64,000 nt of DNA, taken from assembly GCF_030528505.1 (NCBI RefSeq), contig NZ_JAUMYS010000001.1:16547-80546 (forward strand). Reading direction: 5' to 3'. Shown piece by piece: positions 60,086 to 64,000 of this stretch. Both the position numbers and the translations under genes were made by a program. Each line of letters starts with the position of its first letter. The stretch's first letter is position 1. The stretch comes from Tannerella sp. (GTDB taxonomy: Bacteria; Bacteroidota; Bacteroidia; Bacteroidales; Tannerellaceae). The notes under the pieces are model-generated. The model searched no databases. It was not told where the DNA came from and worked only from the letters and a program-made list of their open reading frames with translations.

Positions 60086-61903
60086 TTACTCTTCATACAT
60101 AGCGGCGATCTGGGCGGCGTAGCGACGGGCGATTACGCTGCGACGCAGCTTGAGTGTATCCGTCAGTTCGCCGTTCTCCATCGAGAAGGGCTCGGCAAGC
60201 AGGGTAAAGCGTTTGATCTTCTCGAACGAGGCGAAATGCTTCTGACACTCTTCGATGTTCGAATGGAAGAGCCGGACGATTTCCTCTTTCCCGATCAGTT
60301 CGCGATGATCGCTGTAAGCGATTCCTTTTTTGCGGGCGTAGGCTTCGAGCGCCGGAAAAGCCGGTACGATAAGCGCGCTGACAAACTTATGCTCATCGGC
60401 GATGACGGCGCATTGTTCGATGTAGGTGTTGCCGCTCAGACTCATTTCGATGGCTTGCGGAGCGATGTATTTCCCGTTCGACGTTTTGAACAGGTCCTTG
60501 ATGCGTTCGAGGAAATAGAGTGTATCGCCTTCGAGGCGGCCGGCATCACCCGTGCGGAAGAAGCCGTCGTCGGTAAAAGCCTTTTTCGTCTCCTCCGGTT
60601 TCTTGTAATATCCGGCTGTGACGGTCTTGCCGCGGACGAGGATTTCGTTCGTCGTCTCATCGATGCGTACATCGAGGTCGGGCATGATTTTGCCAATAGA
60701 CCCGATGATGTATTCCTTCGTCGGATAGCAGCATACGGTGGCGCTTGTTTCGGAGAGGCCGTATCCGTAGATGATCGGAATGTTTATCGACAGAAGGAAA
60801 GAAGCGATGTTATCGGCCAGAGGAGCTCCGGCAACGGGAAAGAGGGCTCCGCGCTGAAGGCCGACGGCTTTTTTCACCATCGTGAAGAGCGTTTTATCGT
60901 AGAGGTGATATTTCAGCATAAGCCCTAACGGCGCTTTCCGGCCGATATTCCGATATTCGAATGTATAGCGCCGTCCCGTCTCGATCGCGTCGCGAAAGAG
61001 TCGCTGCATGGTTCGCGGCGACTGTTCGATTTTCTCCTGTACGCCGCTATACACTTTTTCCCAGAACCGCGGGACGTTGCACATCAGCGTGGGGCGTATT
61101 TCGGGCAGTGTTTTCTGAATCTCTTTCGGATACTGGTTGATCGCCATCCGTACTCCTTTGTAGAGGCAGAAGCAAGCCCAGCCTTTTTCGAAGATATGCA
61201 CGAGCGGCAGAAAGCACATCGACAGGTCATGGTCGTTGACCATCGGCAGGCGGATGTCGTGGATGCGCATCATTTCGCGCAGGCTGGCATGTGTGAGGAT
61301 GACGCCTTTCGGCTCGCCCGTTGTGCCGGAAGTATAGACAATCAGGGCGATATCTTCATTGAGGGCTTCGTTGCGGCGGATTTTCGCGCCGGTCTCGGCA
61401 TGCGCATTGTCGCCGAGGCGGATAAATTCGTCGAAGTAGACCGATGTCCGGTCTTCCGGATAGCGTACCACATTCGGGTCGAAGATCACGAGTTTCTTCA
61501 GCGTATCGCCCATTTCCTGCTGTACCTTGAAGGCGTTGTTGTATTGCTGCTGCTCGCCCACGAAGAGGAGACGTATCTCGGCTTCGCGGATGATATAGGC
61601 AATCTGGTCGGGCGAGCTGGTCGGATACATCGGCACCTCTGCGGCGCGGATGCCGTAAGCGCCGAACGAGGCGAAGAAACATTCCGGCATATTCTGTGCA
61701 TAGACGCCGATGTTCTCCTGTACACCAATCCCGTATTCGATCATGGCTTGTGAAGTCAGACGAACCTGATCGGCCAGCTCTGCCCATGAAATTTTGAGCC
61801 ATTTTCCGCCCTTAGGCTCACGATGAAGTAATTCCGTCCGGTCTTTGTACTTCTCGGCCTGACGGAAAATCATTTCTGCAAAATGGTAATTCGCTGCTTT
61901 CAT
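60086..61903 (-). CDS. long-chain fatty-acid--CoA ligase (AMP-binding superfamily)
   Basis: The AMP-binding motif IVYTSGTTGEPKGVILTH is present. The start is MKAANYHFAEMI at 61903. The track is over-extended to 62050. Confidence 0.85.
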   Translation of the reverse strand: MKAANYHFAEMIFRQAEKYKDRTELLHREPKGGKWLKISWAELADQVRLTSQAMIEYGIGVQENIGVYAQNMPECFFASFGAYGIRAAEVPMYPTSSPDQIAYIIREAEIRLLFVGEQQQYNNAFKVQQEMGDTLKKLVIFDPNVVRYPEDRTSVYFDEFIRLGDNAHAETGAKIRRNEALNEDIALIVYTSGTTGEPKGVILTHASLREMMRIHDIRLPMVNDHDLSMCFLPLVHIFEKGWACFCLYKGVRMAINQYPKEIQKTLPEIRPTLMCNVPRFWEKVYSGVQEKIEQSPRTMQRLFRDAIETGRRYTFEYRNIGRKAPLGLMLKYHLYDKTLFTMVKKAVGLQRGALFPVAGAPLADNIASFLLSINIPIIYGYGLSETSATVCCYPTKEYIIGSIGKIMPDLDVRIDETTNEILVRGKTVTAGYYKKPEETKKAFTDDGFFRTGDAGRLEGDTLYFLERIKDLFKTSNGKYIAPQAIEMSLSGNTYIEQCAVIADEHKFVSALIVPAFPALEAYARKKGIAYSDHRELIGKEEIVRLFHSNIEECQKHFASFEKIKRFTLLAEPFSMENGELTDTLKLRRSVIARRYAAQIAAMYEE

Positions 61904-62281
61904 TGTTTTCTTGCTTTTCAAACGGACAAATCTACATAAAAAAACGGTCTTTTCATAAAAAACAGCATGATAACTTTCCGGCCAGAGGTTCGCTGAAGAT
62001 GCAAGCAACGTATGCAGAGACGATGACAATCTTGCCTTGTTGTGGTTCAAGTTAACGGAAGTGTCCCGAAGGCTTAATGATCGTTATCGGAGCGCTTAAC
62101 GGTAACGATCGCTTCCCTTACATGTTGAGACGAAAGCTTCAGGCGGAAGCTATGGAACACGGCACTACTGCCGGTTATTTCAAGAAGGAACCTCGATTTT
62201 TGACTTATTTTTGCTCGAAAATCAGATTGGTATAAATTTATTTATATATTTGCCCCGCATTTTAATCTTAATTATTTTAGT

Positions 62282-62374
62282 ATGAAGAAAAAATTATCTA
62301 TTGGTGTAATCATGGGAATTATACTGTTTGCATGCCAAAAAGCAGATGAATTGACAACGGAAATATCATTATGA
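62282..62374 (+). CDS. 30-aa lipoprotein-like mini-ORF overlapping the methyltransferase start (ATGA)
   Basis: MKKKLSIGVIMGIILFACQKADELTTEISL reads as a signal peptide plus lipobox Cys. Its stop TGA overlaps the ATG at 62371. Confidence 0.3.
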   Translation: MKKKLSIGVIMGIILFACQKADELTTEISL

Positions 62375-63360
62375 AACGCTGGATTACATGGGAAGATATG
62401 ATTGATGTGTATGTAAAGTTGCATCAACGGGGCATTCGCTTTCTTTTATCCAAACTGACGTTCAACAGCACGAAGAAATCCATTAGTGCTTTCGATGCTT
62501 CGTTGGGAGGAACTTCCAATTGGTGGGAAATACCATTAATCAAAGAACGCTGGAACCGAATGATAACCGGTGATTCACAAATTGATTTCAAATCCTATTT
62601 CATTAATAAATATCTTTCCGGTGCTCAATCACCATTGCGTGTGCTGTCTTTGGGGGCAGGATATTGTCAGCATGAGTTGATGTTAGCATCTTGTCCACTC
62701 TTCAGGGAGATCGTTTGCCTTGATATCAATCAGGGAAATTTGGATGAGGCAGCTCTTCAAGCGAAAGAAAAAGGACTGCATAATCTGAGCTTTTGCTGTA
62801 AGAGCATTGAGGAATATGATTTTGCTTCCGAGCGATTCGATATGGTTATGTTCAACAATTCTCTCCATCACTTTTGTGATGTCCGAACGTTATTGGGGGA
62901 AAAAATTAAGCAATGCCTGAAGCCGGAAGGAATGCTTTTGGTCAACGAATATGTTGGGGCGACGCGATTTCAATTTTCTCGTGTGCAAATACAAGCGATC
63001 AATCAGGCGATAGGGTTGATAGACAAACCGTATCGCCGTCGTTACAAGACGTCGTTGTATAAAAAGCGTTATTATGGTACAGGTTGGTTCCGAGTTTTTT
63101 TAGCAGATCCGTCGGAGGCGGTAGACTCGGCCAATATCATGCCTGCCGTACATGAATATTATCATACGATAGAAGAGAAACCATTTGGTGGCAACATCTT
63201 GGCTTTCGCGTTAAAAGACATTGCTTTTCATTTTGCCGATCCAGATAAGAGAAGACGTGAAATACTGGAATGCCTTTTCCAATTCGAAGACGATTATCTG
63301 AAAGAACATCCCAGTGATTTCGTGTTCGGTCTTTACCGATTGAACACACACGAAGCCTAA
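62371..63360 (+). CDS. class I SAM-dependent methyltransferase
   Basis: Motif I (VLSLGAGYCQHE), motif II (VCLDIN) and a post-I acidic residue are present. Confidence 0.7.
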   Translation: MKRWITWEDMIDVYVKLHQRGIRFLLSKLTFNSTKKSISAFDASLGGTSNWWEIPLIKERWNRMITGDSQIDFKSYFINKYLSGAQSPLRVLSLGAGYCQHELMLASCPLFREIVCLDINQGNLDEAALQAKEKGLHNLSFCCKSIEEYDFASERFDMVMFNNSLHHFCDVRTLLGEKIKQCLKPEGMLLVNEYVGATRFQFSRVQIQAINQAIGLIDKPYRRRYKTSLYKKRYYGTGWFRVFLADPSEAVDSANIMPAVHEYYHTIEEKPFGGNILAFALKDIAFHFADPDKRRREILECLFQFEDDYLKEHPSDFVFGLYRLNTHEA

Positions 63361-63404
63361 AAGTCCTCTTGTTTCGTTATCGTATTTTATTCTGATGGAG
63401 TCGT

Positions 63405-64000
63405 CTATTTGACGACAGCGATTTTCGTCACCACACTTTCGGCTCCCTGCGGGGTGGATGCCAGAACGAGGTAGATGCCGGTAGCTACACGCTGCCCTTT
63501 ATGTGAGCGGCAGTTCCACATCACCTGCCCGCCGGCTGATTTTGTCTGATAAATCAGGCTGCCGTTCAGATCGGTAATTTTGACGTTCGAGTCGGCGATC
63601 AGGCCGGTAATCGTCACGCTACCATCGAAGTCCGGGCGAACAGGGTTCGGGAAAGCGTATACCTCGGAATAGTCGGGGCTGCCCTCCGTGGCATCGCCGA
63701 GGTAGGAGATGATGCCCTTGTCCGTGCCGATAAAAACTTCGCCTGTTTTATGATCGATGGCAATGCTCAGGATATGATTGGAAAGAAGCGGGGAGTTATC
63801 AGCCGTAAAATGTTGGATGGTTTCCGTTCCTGTAGGATTAACGAGGAAGATACCGGAGCTTCCGGTGCCGATCCATTTGCGATTTCCACCGTCTACGGCG
63901 ATGGCATTGATTTCTTCGCTGTCCAGAAATATCCCATTCGATCCGTCGTCGTTGGGGCGTACAATCACACTTCCGAAAAACTTTTTTGAGTCTTTGATCG
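63405..64000 (-). CDS. T9SS C-terminal-sorting-domain protein with beta-propeller-like repeats (C-terminal part; N-terminus beyond window end)
   Basis: The C-terminus GQRVATGIYLVLASTPQGAESVVTKIAVVK is a Por/T9SS C-terminal domain. Two-component-regulator-propeller-like repeats lie upstream of it (GTGSSGIFLVN, IGTDKGIISY). Confidence 0.7.
   Translation of the reverse strand, partial: IKDSKKFFGSVIVRPNDDGSNGIFLDSEEINAIAVDGGNRKWIGTGSSGIFLVNPTGTETIQHFTADNSPLLSNHILSIAIDHKTGEVFIGTDKGIISYLGDATEGSPDYSEVYAFPNPVRPDFDGSVTITGLIADSNVKITDLNGSLIYQTKSAGGQVMWNCRSHKGQRVATGIYLVLASTPQGAESVVTKIAVVK

Noticed and set aside
1-64000. CRISPR arrays, rRNA genes, IS transposases and toxin-antitoxin pairs.
   Set aside because: I scanned for regularly spaced direct repeats, 16S/23S-like sequence and DDE transposase motifs. 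None were found. The only mobile signature is the tRNA-Lys island integrase.

Overview
This 64 kb window looks like Bacteroidales chromosome. The evidence is a SusC/RagA-type TonB-linked receptor, a T9SS C-terminal sorting domain, a Bacteroides-type tyrosine integrase, and Tat/lipoprotein signal peptides. Most genes are on the minus strand and tightly packed.

Content from left to right:
- The 3' tail of a polysaccharide-utilisation-like operon (1-5185): SusC N-terminus, a Tat-signal FAD-dependent oxidoreductase, an MFS sugar porter and a DUF4434-like lipoprotein.
- The anaerobic ribonucleotide reductase operon nrdD-nrdG, preceded by what reads as a cobalamin riboswitch (about 8400-8560).
- A housekeeping block: a HIT-family protein, greA, a thioredoxin-fold lipoprotein, a SIS-domain isomerase plus a PfkB kinase, uvrA, pepD and pnp.
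- A roughly 18 kb surface-polysaccharide biosynthesis locus (19.9-37.7 kb): a YfhO-family protein, a GT2 and three GT4 glycosyltransferases, wecB/wecC, three methyltransferases (two FkbM-type), the Wzx flippase, a CgeB-like protein, a soluble coiled-coil protein and a Gfo/Idh/MocA oxidoreductase. Its base composition is visibly mosaic.
- A Cu/Zn-type permease with a fused HMA domain, an S41 peptidase, coaD, parE, a GNAT-like protein, dacB and tRNA-Lys(UUU).
- The most interesting region: an AT-rich integrative island of about 11.4 kb inserted at the 3' end of tRNA-Lys (about 46.09-57.43 kb). A 15-nt direct repeat (14/15 identical) flanks it, and the native tRNA terminator hairpin is displaced to the far side. 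The island carries a tyrosine integrase and one translationally coupled operon: two TerD-domain proteins, three paralogous TerY-like vWA proteins (the third with a C-terminal zinc ribbon), a PP2C phosphatase, an atypical Ser/Thr kinase with a zinc ribbon (together a TerY-phosphorylation triad), and a PEGLP-motif Ca2+-type P-type ATPase. This reads as a horizontally acquired Ca2+-linked Ter-family stress/defence signalling module.
- Downstream of the island: a decayed patB/malY N-terminal remnant, a PLP-dependent transsulfuration enzyme, a LysE exporter, an acyl-CoA ligase, a SAM methyltransferase with an overlapping mini-lipoprotein ORF, and a partial T9SS cargo protein.

I found no CRISPR array and no rRNA in the window.
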